The notes under the pieces: generated by a model
The model's database searches: none
What the model saw: the letters and a program-made list of their open reading frames with translations, nothing else
Told to the model about the DNA's origin: nothing
Translations under genes and position numbers: made by a program
Source of the DNA: Amphiscolops sp. MND2022
Taxonomy: Eukaryota
Assembly: GCA_964187785.1 (NCBI GenBank)
Contig: OZ076416.1
Span: 40,920,001 to 40,984,000 of the forward strand
Reading direction: 5' to 3'
DNA: 64,000 bases
Shown here: positions 12,705-27,700 of the stretch, in pieces
Numbering within the stretch: the stretch's first letter is position 1
Layout of the letters: each line of letters starts with the position of its first letter

Positions 12705-15700
12705 CTGGAACAGCAGAAATACTTCCGAGAAAGAAAACCACTGATACGATTTTACGTGAACTTTAGCTACCTGATTTTCAACTTCAAAGTTCAATAGCAA
12801 AAACACACCCCAATCAACAATGCTTACACACTCCTGTCAATCCATTATATAGCACACAATTATTCACAGTATCAGTTTACACCGCGAGTTTCAAGTCGAT
12901 AAAAAATCGGTTGACTCTTACTAAAATTAACCGGTGAGGTTTCATCCGATATTAGAAGCTTCAGTGTTTTACCTAGTTTGATATTATTTCAACATTTTCA
13001 TGAGGTTATTCAATTGAATGTTTTTAATTCAGTCCCATTTCTTTTTCACAGCCCTATGTTCCATTTCTTTATCACAGCCATATGTTCCATTTCTTTATCA
13101 CAGCCCTATGTTCCATTTCTTTATCACAGTACTGTAAACTAGCTAATGGTTTGGAGTAGCGCGAGTCATTTGGCTAACAAAATGGGTCGATAAATACGTC
13201 TCGGAAAAATCACGCAGAATTACTAACCAGAGCCGCATGTGCGGTAAAGGAGTCGGCTTAGGTCTTTTTCCTTCTGAAGTCGAAAAATGGCCCTTTTTTG
13301 ACCATTTTTGGGCTAATTTTGGCTATGTTTCTCACATCCCAGCCATACGATTCTGATGCCATTGCACATATAGGACTCTAATATGGTGTAGAATGACTGT
13401 AGAAAATTTCGTTCGAATCGTATGGACAGTTTTTGAGAAAATCGGAAAAAGTCGAAAAATGGCGGTTTTTTGGCCATTTTTGGACTAATTTTGGCTTTGT
13501 TTCTCACATCCCAGCCATACGATTTTGATGCCATTGCACATATAGGACTCTAATATGGTGTAGAATAACTGTAGAAAATTTCGTTCGAATCGTATGGACA
13601 GTTTTTGAGAAAATCGAAAAAAGTCGAAAAATGGCGGTTTTTTGGCCATTTTTGGGCTAATTTTGGCTATGTTTCTCACATCCCAGTCATACGATTTTGA
13701 TGCCATTGCGCACGCAGGGGCCCCTTTGGGTGTAGAATGACTGTGCAAAATTTTATAAAAATCGTATGGACAGTTTTTGAGAAATTTGAAATTTTCATGA
13801 AAAGGTCGGGAGAAAAAAAAACAACACGATTGCATAAGTAGTCGAAAATTTTTTCCGACTCCTAAAAACTGAAACTTTTCTATTTCAGAATTAGATATTC
13901 ATCGAATCAATACAGTTGCACGAGAGAAACGTGAAAACGAAGTCGTAAAACAAACTCCATGGGCCCGAACCCACCAGAAGACCTAAATATATATTTTTAA
14001 AAAATGATTCCAAGAGCCGACCTGAGGGGAGATCGAATGCACATTCTGAGAAGAGGAAGAAGCACTGGTGACGTCTCTACTGCTGCAACTGGAGTTGGTG
14101 CCCCGTCTGCCCGAGTTGACATTAGCGATGGGTGCATCGTTGTTCACGCGGGCGGAAGTGGACCCCACGAAGGAGTGAGAAGAGAAACTATTTCCATCAA
14201 TCACACTGTTCGGTTTATTCAACAACTAAAGCAAACTTCAATCAACAAAAATTTTGTGAAAAACACATGAATGTTTGAAGTTCATCTTTTCTTTTAGGAA
14301 AAATATTTCTACAAGCTGCGTAATGACAGCGCTAAAGACCGGAGCCGCATATGCGGTAAAGGAGTCGGCTTAAGTCTTTTTCCTTCTGACTCGCTTTCGT
14401 TCGAATCGTATGAACAGTTTGTGAGAAAATCGAAAAATGACTGTTTTTTTTGGCCATTTTTGGCCTAAATTTGGCTATGTTTCTCACATCCCAGCCATAC
14501 GAATTTAATGAAATTGCACATAAAGGACCATAATATGGTGTAGAATGACTGTAGAAAATTTCGTTCGAATCGTATGGACAGTTTTTGAGAAAATCGAAAA
14601 AAAATCGAAAAATGACTGTTTTTTGGCCATTTTTGGGCTAATTTTGGCTATGTTTCTCACATCCCAGCCATACGATTTTGATGCCATTGCACATATAGGA
14701 CTCTAATATGGTGTAGAATAACTGTGCAAAATTTTGTGAAAATCGTATGGACAGTTTCATGAAAAGGTCGGGAGAAAAAAAAACAGCACGATTGCATAAG
14801 TAGTCGAAAATTTTTTCCGACTCCTAAAAAACAAGAGTATTTAAACCAAAACTTCTGTCAAAAACTCCAAATAATTCTTTAATATATTCTTACCATTTGT
14901 ATATAATTTTGAAGCTCCTTATCCCTTTGCTCCAAATCCGATAGTCCGTCATTACTAGTGTTGGCTAAAACAAACGATGCTAAGAAGTTTATTAAGATTC
15001 GCAAAGCTTTGTCATCATTGCTACCACAGAGTACCTGGCTAACCTGTATAAAATGTGGACTTGGGTAATATTTGAGATAAGTTCGATTCTGTTTCATTCA
15101 AAAGCGGCAGCGGCTGTATATCATTGCTGATTGATTGTTTCTCCGGCGGTGTGAAACACGTGGCATCCACGCCATTGAAGTTACCATATGTTTTGTCCAC
15201 TGACTCATGATGGGTTTCTCTCGACCTCTGGAGTAATCAGGGATTATCTAATACTACTAACAATCATCGGTTTTGGGAAATTTCAAAAAAGTGGGAAAGC
15301 TGAAATAGTCGCCAAATCCTTTGATTTTTTGGTAGACCTTACGAGAATATCATACCGGTTTTTTCATTTTTAGTATTTCTAATTTTCCGTCCCCATATTT
15401 CATGTGTCAGAAAGAAAAATTACTAACTCGGCCGTGTTTTTTTACCTAATTCTAGTTAATTATCCAATTTCATACTTGAACGATAGAAGTTTTTGCACAG
15501 TATTGTTTCTGGAAAAATAGGCCCCTCCGGGGCTCAGTACTATTTCTGCTTTAATCTTTATTTTTTTAAAACAAAAAATCATTAATAAAAGAATCATATC
15601 TGGAATACCAATACACTCCTGTTTAATCATTACTTAGAGCACAATTAATCACTGTACAAGTTTACACCGCCTTTAATTCTTCTCGGACTAAAGAAAATAT

Positions 15701-18700
15701 AACTAAGCGTAGACGAAGTTTCGCATTCGCATTTGAATGCAGGCGAAGCTCTCAACGAACGAATAATTAACACTCATTCGCTTCATCTCAATGACGTCAG
15801 CATACGAATGGATAATTACCACTCGCTCGTTCTATCGCACTAGAATTGAATTGTTGTCGGCAGCTTTCCCACGCTTACACTCACTGCCGAACAAAATATC
15901 TGAATTATTCAGTAGGACGAAATTTGACGACTGAAAAAAAAAGGACCAACTTTGAGGTTACAATAACATTCCTGCTAAAGCAGAAATATTAAAAAGAATG
16001 AATAAAGCCAAATTGCCCCCAAATCAGCCAAAAATATCAAAATCTCCTTATTGTTGAGTTTTATGCAAAGAATTGAAAAATTCAACGGCAAGACAATTAG
16101 CCACGCATCATACTTTTTAACACAAAGAAGTCGACGTTATCGTTCAAAAACGATTCCTAAAATGCTCCCAAAGAGCAGAAATTGCAGTTTAATTTCTAAT
16201 TTTTGACAATTTTATCCCCTTTTTATACGGTTTTGGAATGTTTTTGAGGGTATGAGTATCTAAAGAGTCAACAACAAATTAATTGGCTACTTGACCTACT
16301 CTTGTAAATAGAAAACTGACTTTTTTAATGTCTAAAATGCAACAAAGAGTGTCAATTTTGTTTATCGGCAACTCTGCGGCCTAAATGATATGTCGTCGCT
16401 AAAATAGTTCAGGACGCAAATTATCCCGGTGCTCAGCGGGTGTCTTGTTCTACACTATAATCACATGGCAACGAGGTGGGGTACCAGTGAAAATAGCCAA
16501 TATACTAGTCCTAATAGAAGACATCAACAGTATTACTGTAAAATAATCCCTGTGAATGACTGTGCTGACTCATCTGCGAATGAGTTGTCGGGGGTTTTCT
16601 AGAAGGCACTGGACTACTGCTGGTAAGAGCCAAAGTCTCACTGCTAATGTCGCTCAAAAGATTATCATTCATTTCATCGGAATATACCTCCTCTTCTGAT
16701 TCTTCTCCTGTTTCTGTTTTTGGATTGTCATACTTCTGTTGTTCAGAGGATCTATCGCCTGAAACAATAGTTCAATGACATTTTTGATTTCCTCCATTTT
16801 TGAGACACGAATTCATAATATTCAAACATTGCCGTGAATTTCCTCAAAATAGCATACAAAAAAACTAAAAGATGAAAATTCAAAATAATGGCTAAAATCA
16901 ACTAAAAGAATTAATCATTTTTTCAGCGAAAAGTTATCTTGAGTGAAACCAAAACCGTTTTAAAGTGTTAAAAAGGTCTACTCTGACCAGTGAAATTTTA
17001 AAACTAAAACACATCGTACATATAAAATTAAACCTTTTTCACTAGGCTGGGAGGTTCCATTTGTTAAAGGAGAGTGGTGACCACTGTAGGGTGATTTGGA
17101 TCCACTCCTGCTCTCGTTTTTGGCAGTGATGGGCGAGGGCGACTCTGAAGTGGAGTGAAAAGACACGGTGTATCCTTGCAGCTGGCGACAAACCAGAATG
17201 CACATCTAGCAACGATGATTTCACATTTGATGCGGAAGTTGACCGAGACCTTTCAGGATAACCACGTTTGATATCGCAAGTTATAATGAAGTTAACAAGG
17301 CCTTTCAAAAATTATCTCTCAATTTTCGGTTGAGATAAAAACGACAAGGAGCAAAAACGCTCTGAAAAAACGTGAAAAACTTGAAGGAGCTGGACTTTGG
17401 GCTTATTAACTAACTTTTTCACTACTGGGTCAACTATCAGATGACATAAAACGATTGCAAACTTGTGAGAAAAAGATGCTAGATTCTTTCAAAAAACGTT
17501 CCTTTTTCGTGGAAACGGGGCCACCCTGCCTTTGTTCAGACGTAGAAGACCCCGAAGCTCTGATGGCACTTTCGCTGTTTTTGTGGCTTAAAGTTGCTGA
17601 ATTGTTCAGAGAAGAAATACTGCTGGAGTTATGACTGCGTGACACCTTATCTTCGCTTTTCTTGAGAGTACTGTTGCTGTCGTCCACAAAGCTCGAAGAG
17701 TGAGTGAAACAATGAGAAGTTTTGCTGCCGCTGCTGTTGTACTTTTTGTCAGAGAAGGTGGAACTGTTTGTGGAAGTCATGGAGGATCTTTTACTGGTTC
17801 CCGTGTGACTGTCATTGAGAGGCTGCTCTTTGATGGACTGTGTTTTCTGAGAGCCCACACTGCAATAAACAAGAGTATTGCTACTCGTGAGCAAATATGG
17901 TTACCCGACAAAAGCACCCCAATCAAAGGCGACTGGCGGGTTGATAACTCTTTTCAGAAAACAATATTGAATTTCGCCACTCCAGTTGAATGAGTATCAG
18001 TTTCTTTTTCTATTACAATCCATTACCAAGTTGCTTCATTGTGAAATTCATTAAAAATATTATCATAGGTGATGTACCTAGATGAGCAGTTTGAACAGTT
18101 TTTAGTCGGCGCTTCATGAAGCGAAACGCGACTATTATAGTGACTCTTTTTTTTCTATCCACACGAACTGACCAAAATAGTTCTACAAAAGTTCTACAAA
18201 ATATTATTGCATCAAAATGCACTATTTGGTCTAGCGAACTGAACCAAAAAGGTTTTTCCTGTTTTTCCGCGTAACATACCATACCGGGCGAGACCAAAGA
18301 CTCCCCCCTTTCATTTTTTTCGGCACTGCGAGACTTTTTTTTCAAAAAAATTTTTCCCCAAAGGGTCCCCCCTGCATTTTTTTTGATGTTTTGCGACAGA
18401 ATGGATGTTGAAAAATCCCAAAGGGCCCCCCTTTCAGTTTTTTTTCGGCATTGTGAGATTTTTTCCCGAAAATGAAAATGTTTGTTTTCTTCAATTTTTT
18501 CATGTTTTGCGACAGAATGGATGTTGAAAAACCTCAAAGGGTCCCCCCTCTCAGTTTTCGGCATTGTGAGACTTTAGCGCGCCAGGGGCTCGCGCTAGCG
18601 AGCTCCGGCGCGCCACTCGGTCCATTTTTTTGAGTATGTAATTTTTTCGAAAATTTTTTTTTCAAAAAATTTCGATTTTCGAGTGTTGTAAAAGAGTACT

Positions 18701-21700
18701 TGACACTTGGAAGTCTTTTTGCTATTTTTGAGGCCGGTCCCGGCTTGTTTAGTATGAACCATGAAAATGCTAATTTGGGTATTACCACTGAGGTATTATG
18801 TTCATTCAGCGCCTTCAATAAGAGGCGGAACAGTTCCACTGAACATTAGCGAGGCACATTGAGGCGCTTTTATGGGTACACGGCAATTGGAACGCTTTCA
18901 TGAAATAGAAGCGTTCCAGTAAGCCTTTCCAGAAAAAATGAACTATATCGAAACTTTATAGCTCATAACTTCAAGTGAACCACATTTTTCGAGAGGAAAA
19001 TGATGAATTTCAAAACTTACCAAACCTAAACTACGTCATCGGTTGAATTTGGACGCAGCTGGTAATGCAGCGATGATTACAGGTTGAGTGAAAGTATAAA
19101 CAATGCATATTTTCCAAGAATAACGCTAATCACCCCAGGAAATGCTCATAACAAGAGTAAGAATCATTTACAGAGAAAAGGAATTTTTAGGAGCGTTCAT
19201 TTGAAAAAACAGAAAGCCCGACAAATGTTGTGAAAAACAAGCGATCACTAACTCGGATAAGTTGCGAACATCGCCCCCTCTGTTGGAGTTCGGATCCAGG
19301 CTGAACTTGGTTGAGTACAGCGATTGCCACTGGGCAGAAGAGTAGTCATCTTTGGAAACTGCCAGCGACGAGGGCGGTGATGACATTGAACGATGAGGTT
19401 GTTGTGTCTCTTCACAGTTATTAGCCTGATGAAAAAAGACTTCGTCTATGACTCAACATAATATGTACAAAAAATATATACTATACAATATTATAAAATG
19501 CAGTATGTAATAAATACTACATTTCCAAAACCAAATTTGACTCGGTGGTTATATTTCGTACTATTTGCAAAGCATTTGCAGACGCAGCCTCCGGCTAGGT
19601 CCTCGATGAAATCGAACCGTTAAGAAGCTATACACTATTTGATCAGAGTTAACGGAGTACAATCCCAGTACTCTGATCACATGGAGCCAAAACCAAATCT
19701 TCGGTCATCATCCAAAAATGGAGAATTTATAAAAACGATACTTTTATAGTCTCCGCTGCAAAGCTTCGGGCCCCATTTTACTCTAATCTTTTTCGAGAAC
19801 GAATTTTGGCAACACCATCCAGGTAGCAGTGAGTATACGTTTCGATAGAAGATACCTGATGACGATTGATGATATGATGACTCGACTCATCTTCGTCGTC
19901 CTCTGTCTCCTCTGCTCTGACAACTTCGGCGATGGAAGAGAAGTCGTTGTCGCCACTCTCTCTGCTCTCAAAGGGAGCCGTGGCTGTTTCTTCTGTCGGA
20001 GTGGTTCCTGCAATACATAACACATTGTACACCTCAAAGAATCACTGGAAAATCAATTACAACATGTTTATCCCCATGATGCATTGCGTCTTGGATAAAG
20101 AATCGGACTGAGTACCTGAATATTTTCAGCACCTCATTAGGTACAACGAGCCGGGAACGGCCCAAGTCAGCGCCATATCTAAGGCTCAACAAATTAAGTG
20201 AAATTTTGGGGAAAAATCAAAAAAAGGTTGAGGGGAAAATGAAAACGTTATATCCGAACTTTGAAAACGGTATATCCGAACTTTGAGAACGTTATATCTG
20301 AACTTTGAAAACGTTATATCCGAACTTTGAAACGTTATATCCGAACTAAAATATCTCGGCTAAAACGTTGAACAAATGAACAAAAAAGTAGACCATTCAG
20401 AGTGAACTGAAAAAAACTAGCCACTGTAATAGTCGGGCACTTTTTACTAGAAAAGCGCCGACTAAAAAGGTGTTTTTGAGAAACAAATTCTATAGTGAGC
20501 CTAATCTCCCTTAAAACAAATTTTATACGAAAAGATTCTAGTGTCATAAAACCGTCACAAGAATGGCCAATTTTCCTTCCCTGCACAAATTTGACATAGA
20601 CAAAAGGCAACCGGCTGCAGCATGCAGCAAATTACGGATCATATTTCAAATGATCAATTAGTGTTGTATGTTTCGAATGACGATTCGAGAGCATGACCAA
20701 AAATTGTGTCCAAAAGTACAATTCCAAAAAGTAGATATTTACCAGCAGAATAGAACTGGACCCCTGCAGGTGTGCTATTTCCGAGACCGACCGAGAGACG
20801 ACTGGTGTTGGACAAATTGGCCCCTGGAGGAGGCAGTTCGAATCGCTCGGTCACATTGATCGATGCCTGGGGCTGGATAGTTCTGGTAGGGGGAGCCACT
20901 GGGTCACTAAAATTAAAACGCAATCAATTCACTGAGTAGAGATTTCTATGAAAAGTGCCGATACATTCAACAATTTCTAAAAAAGTTCACAAAACTGAAT
21001 ATCTTAAATTCAAATGAAAATGTTACAAATAAAACCGGGCCTTTTTGCACCATTTTAGCTTTCTCTAGATCTAAGGCGAAAAGAAACTTTTTGGTCCGTT
21101 TGAGAAAATTTAAAATATATTTATATACTCATATAGCGCCGACTAAATATAGAAAACTTTGTGAGAAGCACAAGATTTACCTTTTCCATTTGTCAGCAGG
21201 GTCAATGGTAACAAAAGTATATGGCTTGAGCGCGTGAGACCTCGGAAGAGGAGTGTTGTCGGGATTGGGATTGAGGTACGGGTTCATCATGTAGTTCACA
21301 TCCGCGTGACGATCGAAGTTGACTGGGTTCACCTCATCGTGCTTCACAAGTTTTTGAGGCACCATAGAAGAGGCATCAGCAACGTCGCCGAGATCGCAAG
21401 TGACTTCTCTCATATTGCTATTGCGTATATACATGCTATTGTTGTCTCCTCTGTAAGGCATGGATGATGCAAGGCTGGCCCTGTTTTCGTCCCCTGTTGA
21501 TGACAATGATTGCTCGATAAGGTGCATGACTTCCTTGAAGTTCTTCTCCACCGCTTGTTTAAGATGATACCTGAAGTGAACACGGGAGACTAACCGGAAA
21601 ATCAAATGAAATGGTGACAGTTCAGAACAAAATTCAAGATGGTAATTTGTGAGCTTTAAATCGGTCACACAGGGCCTCAAGTGTTATTTCAGCCAGTGTA

Positions 21701-24700
21701 AGGGGCTTAATATATAATTCCAAGAAGTGTGTCTTTGAATTCCAGGAAAAATTCTCACAACAATCCTAACTTTCGAAGTTTAAACAAACCTTTTATGAAA
21801 GACAGGTTTTTAAAAAGTATAGAACTTTTCAATACCTTCTACGCTTTTTGATACGCAAAGAATCGTAAGGCTCGAAGCTTTAAACTGGAAACATTTTGAA
21901 TTTTGACGCACAGACTACTTTTTCCAACATTTTGTACCAAAAAAGACAAGTGACTAAAAAGCTCCAGGAACGTTTTTAGATTTGCCACAAAGTAGCACGT
22001 GAGTTTGTTGATTGTCAAATCGGATGGGTCAATAGCTTTGAGAGTTTAAATGATAGTTTATAACCAAAAAATGCGAGGATATGTTGAGTTTAGGGACCAG
22101 AACTTTAGTAAGTAACGGTGCTAAAGGAGTCCCTTCATTCGCCTGAAAAGCCATCAAGACGTTCATAATCACAAAACTCATGAGTGGTTGTTTTACTGAG
22201 GGCAAGAGTTCTGAGTTCAAACGATTCATGAATTTTATTATAAAACGACTTCCGTATATGGAAAGAAGTAAGGTTTGAGCTGGACCAACGTGTTGTTGAT
22301 GCTGGCCTTGGCGCTGTTCTGTACAATGAGTAACTCTTGTTGCAGAGCGTCGTTGCGCATCTCCATCTCCAACATCAGCTTCTTCATCTCTCTCAACTGC
22401 TTCTCGTTCTCACTTCGCATCTCCTTCGACAGGTTCTGAAGAGAACACGACACAAATCATAAGTTGCCCCAATGAAAGCATTTAGATTGATCCTGAGTGG
22501 CTATATAGGGAAAGATCATTGAGCACATTGATTTATCTTAAAAAAGGTTTCTATTTCGTCGGTTTTACTAAGGTTGGATCGCCCGTTCAAAACATTCGAA
22601 ACATAGCAGCTTCCTAAAAACATTACATTTCTGAAATTTTCGAACTATTCATACAGGCCGAGCAATTTTAATTTTCAGTCCAGGCAACACGGTCCTTTTT
22701 GAAAAATGAGACGAAAAGCAAAAAATGTTTTTGTAACAAATTGGCCAAAGATGGGCGTCTAATATTGTAAACATCGCATGGTCCGAAGTATCTTTTATTC
22801 GAAAAATCAAAAATGTAACGCCACAAATTGGGTGATTGATCAACATTCACATATGCAGTCCTGATCGCTAATGTCCCCATACCTCTAGTGTCATAAATGC
22901 AGGAGCGAAGCGATGTGCCGCTACTAGTTCAGCGGTTGGTTTTGACGAAAGCCGACCCACTGACTTTGCCGACAATTGAGTTTTGAAATCAAAAAAAGTG
23001 AAATCATGAATCCAAAATTAGAAAATGTCCTTAACCTTAACTTGGCCACTGTGCCGAATTTGGCACATTTAGTTTCTGCAAATTCTAAACGCACCAGCTG
23101 ATTGCATGGTAAAGAAAACTCTTGAATAAGATTTTCAGACGATATTGCATAACATTCGGCGCCTTTTCACGGAATATTGACATGATGTCTCCGAAATCCA
23201 GAAAATGGGACCAAAAAATCAAAAAAAAATTTGAGTGCAGATGATCCGTTTTTGCAGTTTTCGTTTGTGACCCTTTTATCCCACTGGTGTCAACATTGGG
23301 TCAAATCGGCGCCAGCATGTTTTGAAATATGCTGAAAAGCAATCAGAGACACGACGCGTGCAAAGTTTTGGCGCAAAGTCGTTTGTCGGACTTGATTAGT
23401 TTAGGAGATCTTACGGTTCAAAGTTTAAGCACCCCATTTTTGGATGGATCCAAAATTTTCCTGGTCAACTTAAGGTTAATCAACCCCATTGACAGTTGCA
23501 CCTCGAAATCAATCTCAGATCAAATGAACCGGTGCCACAAAACTTCGTTACCAACCTCGACTTTTTCCTTGAAATCGATCTCAATGACTCGTATGTGTTG
23601 ATCGTGCACAATCTTGTCTTCCTTCATTTTGGATTCATAACGTGATGACACTTCGAAGACAGTCTTCTCGACTTTTTCTGCTGTTTCTCTCTCACAGCTC
23701 TCTTTGATACGAGCCACTTCGACCGAATGACGATTGGTAGTAACCTCAACTTCGGCAGCCAATGAGGATTTCTCATTCCTCTCGCTTTCTAGTTGTTGGT
23801 TCAACGACTCCAATATTTTTTGCACTGAAGCTATTTCTCGTTTCAGGTCTTTATTTTTCCGCACTTCAGCATCCAAGAGCCTGAATGAAAAATAATTTCT
23901 ATGTTCATTTACATCATAGTAATAATTCTAAAAAAATCCCATAATGAAGTTCCAGTATTTCGCCTTGAGATCATCAGAAAGTTTTTAATCTCATCTCGGC
24001 TTCTATGCAACTTGATTATTATCTTCAATACGCTCATATTAGAGAAAACTGAATCTTAGGGTATCATTTATTCTCAAACGCTATAAAAAAATTAGCATAA
24101 TATTAACTGTCAAAGAAAAAAATGATAATATTTCAAGTAATCTGAATCTCCGTTCCAAATTTCGAAATTCCATTTTAGTCAAATATCTTTCCGGCACAAT
24201 GATGAATCGATGACCAACCAGAGCCGCATATGCGGTAAAGGAGTCGGCTTAAGTCTTTTTCCTTCTGACTCGCTTTGGTTCGAATCGTATGAACAGTTTG
24301 TGAGAAAATCGAAAAATGACTGTTTTTTTGGCCATTTTTGGGCTAAATTTGGCTATGTTTCTCACATCCCAGCCATACGAATTTAATGAAATTGCACATA
24401 TAGGACTCTAATATGGTGTAGAATAACTGTAGAAAATTTCGTTCGAATCGTATGGACAGTTTTTGAGAAAATCGAAAAAAGTCGAAAAATGGCTGTTTTT
24501 TGGCCATTTTTGGGCTAAATTTGGCTATGTTTCTCACATCCCAGCCATACGAATTTAATGAAATTGCACATATAGGACTCTAATATGGTGTAGAATAACT
24601 GTAGAAAATTTCGTTCGAATCGTATGGACAGTTTTTAAGAAAATCGAAAAAAGTCAAAAAATGGCTGTTTTTTGGCCATTTTTGGGCTAATTTTGGCTAT

Positions 24701-27700
24701 GTTTCTCACATCCAGGCCATACGATTTTGATGCCATTGCACATATAGGACTCTAATATGGTGTAGAATAACTGTAGAAAATTTCGTTCGAATCGTATGGA
24801 CAGTTTTTGAGAAAATCGAAAAAAGTCGAAAAATGGCTGTTTTTTGGCCATTTTTGGGCTAATTTTGGCTATGTTTCTCACATCCAGGCCATACGATTTT
24901 GATGCCATTGCACATATAGGACTCTAATATGGTGTAGAATAACTGTAGAAAATTTCGTTCGAATCGTATGGACAGTTTTTGAGAAAATCGAAAAAAGTCG
25001 AAAAATGGCTGTTTTTTGGCCATTTTTGGGCTAATTTTGGCTATGTTTCTCACATCCAGGCCATACGATTTTGATGCCTTTGCACACGCAGGGGCCCCTT
25101 TGGGTGTAGAATGACTGTGCAAAATTTCGTGAAAATCGTATGGACAGTTTTTGAGAAATTTGAAATTTTCATGAAAAGGTCGGGAGAAAAAAAAACAGCA
25201 CGATTGCATAAGTAGTCGAAAATTTTTTCCGACTCCTAAAAACCGAACCAATAAAAGGACCCAATCCGGTTGTAAAACAATGATATGACATTAATGTTTC
25301 TCGTGAAGTTGCTCAATTGCTTTGCCAAGAAGTATAACACCGAAACTCTGCAGATAACGACTCAAATCTTCAGTTGAGGCAAAAGCTAAACGAGCTTTGA
25401 AGTTGACTGCAATTCCAGAACACACATACATAGCACCAAGCAGGGTTACAATTATTAGTTGATGGTAGATTCCCAAAGCTAGGAAGCCCAATATACTGAC
25501 ACCTAAGAGCCACTCGGTGATGAAATCGAAAATAAATGCACGCAACAAAAACAACGAAATTATAGATTAGCACAAAATGAAATCTGGTCCCAGCTTTGTG
25601 AGCGCAAATGGAAACTTCAAGCTACAAGTTAGCAGTAAGTATGCTTTTTCTCTGGAAAATCAGCGCTCGTACGCATAAAAATGGCTTGGACTACTCAATT
25701 AGGGACAAAATTACTGTTGAGGTTGAATGATGATTATCGTGTCATTGAAAATTCTTGTTCACAAAACAAATAAGTTATCAGGGGTGCCCAAAAATTAATT
25801 GCAATTAATTGCTGCCACTTCAACGATGAAAATCAATTAATTTTAATTGCTCTTCTGAAAAATTAATTAACTGCAATTAATTGCAGTTAATTGTATCTCT
25901 ACTCTATTAAGTAACAACAAAACTATTAATCACAATAATGAATTCAAGCAACAATTGATGCAAGAATTTGTTCGTCCCAAAATCTTTTATTCATCTTCAG
26001 GAAAAGTTGCATCTCCAAATTCATTGGTAGCAGACTTTGACGGAAATCACCGAATGAATATGCAGCAGATTCACTTGCAAGTTGCAAATGCATGAAATAC
26101 ATGTATTACACCAATTAATTGCAATTAATTGGAACGAAAAAATTAATTAATTTTAATTGCAAATTCTAGCAATCAATTAATTTCTAGCAATTAATTGCAA
26201 TTAATTTTCAATCAATTAATTTTTGGGCAGCCCTGTAAGTTATCTAGTGTAGGAGCTCCGAATTCCAGATCCTAATGCGTCTGTTTTTGATATCAAATCT
26301 TAGTCATTAATAAAATCTTCGCATGCTTTAAGACGTGTGATTAGATCAACAGCCTGTTTCATGGCTACGGCGGTATGCATAAATAAAATCCAATGGTCGT
26401 CATACATACAGTAGCGTTCTAAAATATCGCAACCTCATAGCATAAAATGGCCAAATTCAAAACCAAATATCTCATAAACTGTCACGAATACAAAGTTTTG
26501 CTAGCTAGGAAAGTTTCTTAGAATTTTATCTAGTTTACAAAAATGTTTGTTTGAAATTTCTACGACCGTTACCAAAAAAGTTAGAAATTACAAATTTTAG
26601 TAAATTTTAATTGAAATTTGAGTTTTTTCGAAAATTGAGTAACTTAGAATAATTTTTTTGGATTTTTCTTTCATTGGAAAACTTCCTATAATCTCCGGAA
26701 CCTAAGGAATTGTTTTGATCGAGAATTTTTTTCGAATCAGAAAAAATACACTATATTTTGTGTCTATGAGCACTGAAGTACATGTATTAAGGTAGGCTAT
26801 AAGAATTGTATTTAGAAAATTGATGATTTTTATTTGAAATCGAAAAAGTTTTCCGATCAAATTATATCAGCATCCTCAGGAGATTTAGGGGCAAATGATG
26901 GACTGAAAATTTTTCAAAAATATATTTTCAACTTTGTGAAAATCCAGAAAAAGTACAAATTTGATTAAATTTTGTCAAAATTTCCATTTTCTAACTTTTG
27001 TAATTTTTGTCGCAGAAATTTCAAACAAACATTTTTGTAAACTAGATAAAATTCTAAGAAACTTTCCTAGCTGACACTTTTTCGTATTTGTGACAGTTTT
27101 CAAGAAATTCGGATTTGAAATTTGCAATTTTAAGCATTGGAGTTGCGATATTTTAGAACGCTACTGTAGACAGGATCTTAACAATGCCTACATTTCGAAT
27201 CAATTTCAGCGAATGTCAATTCGAGATTTATACCCGCCACAATGTCAGCTTCACTTGGCACGCCTTTGATAGTGACAAAAACTGCACCAGTCATTAACAT
27301 TGCACATACGAAAGTTGGGTAGTTCAGACTGTTGAGTAAGGATGCTAACATCAGGGGCATTCCAAGGGAAACTCCAACTTCTACCACTTTAGCATGCAAC
27401 TCCGAATATCGAGATTTATCTGCTCATTTTGATCAATGCGTGATTTCAAAAAAAATGTTTTATTCTGCTTTAGGCTTTCATGCTCAATAACAGAAGCATA
27501 TAACTATACACTCCTGTTTTATAATTATATAGAGCACAATTAGTAATAACTACCAGTTTACACCGCCTTTAATTCTTCTCGAACCAAAGAAATATAACTA
27601 CTAAACGTTTACGAAGTTTCACGTATACGAAGCTCTCGGCGAACGGATAATTAACACTTATTCACTTCATCTCAATAAATTCGGTACACTAATGCATGAT

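Noticed and set aside
16511-16687. TAG at 16511 as the centrobin stop codon
   Set aside because: Downstream phase-compatible exons carry the ELQNYIQMLL motif. It remains possible as an alternative short isoform.
17042-17308. 88-aa ORF as the centrobin exon frame
   Set aside because: Splice-phase compatibility favours the overlapping frame (LQGYTVS…SEK).
18013-18839. 183-aa and 101-aa ORFs (MPKTERGDPLRFF…)
   Set aside because: They mostly overlap a family-B repeat element and have low-complexity K/F bias; not protein-coding.
13313-25251. Repeated ORFs of the MASKSYGWDVRNIAKISPK type
   Set aside because: They are chance translations of the 172-bp repeat units inside non-autonomous elements, not genes.
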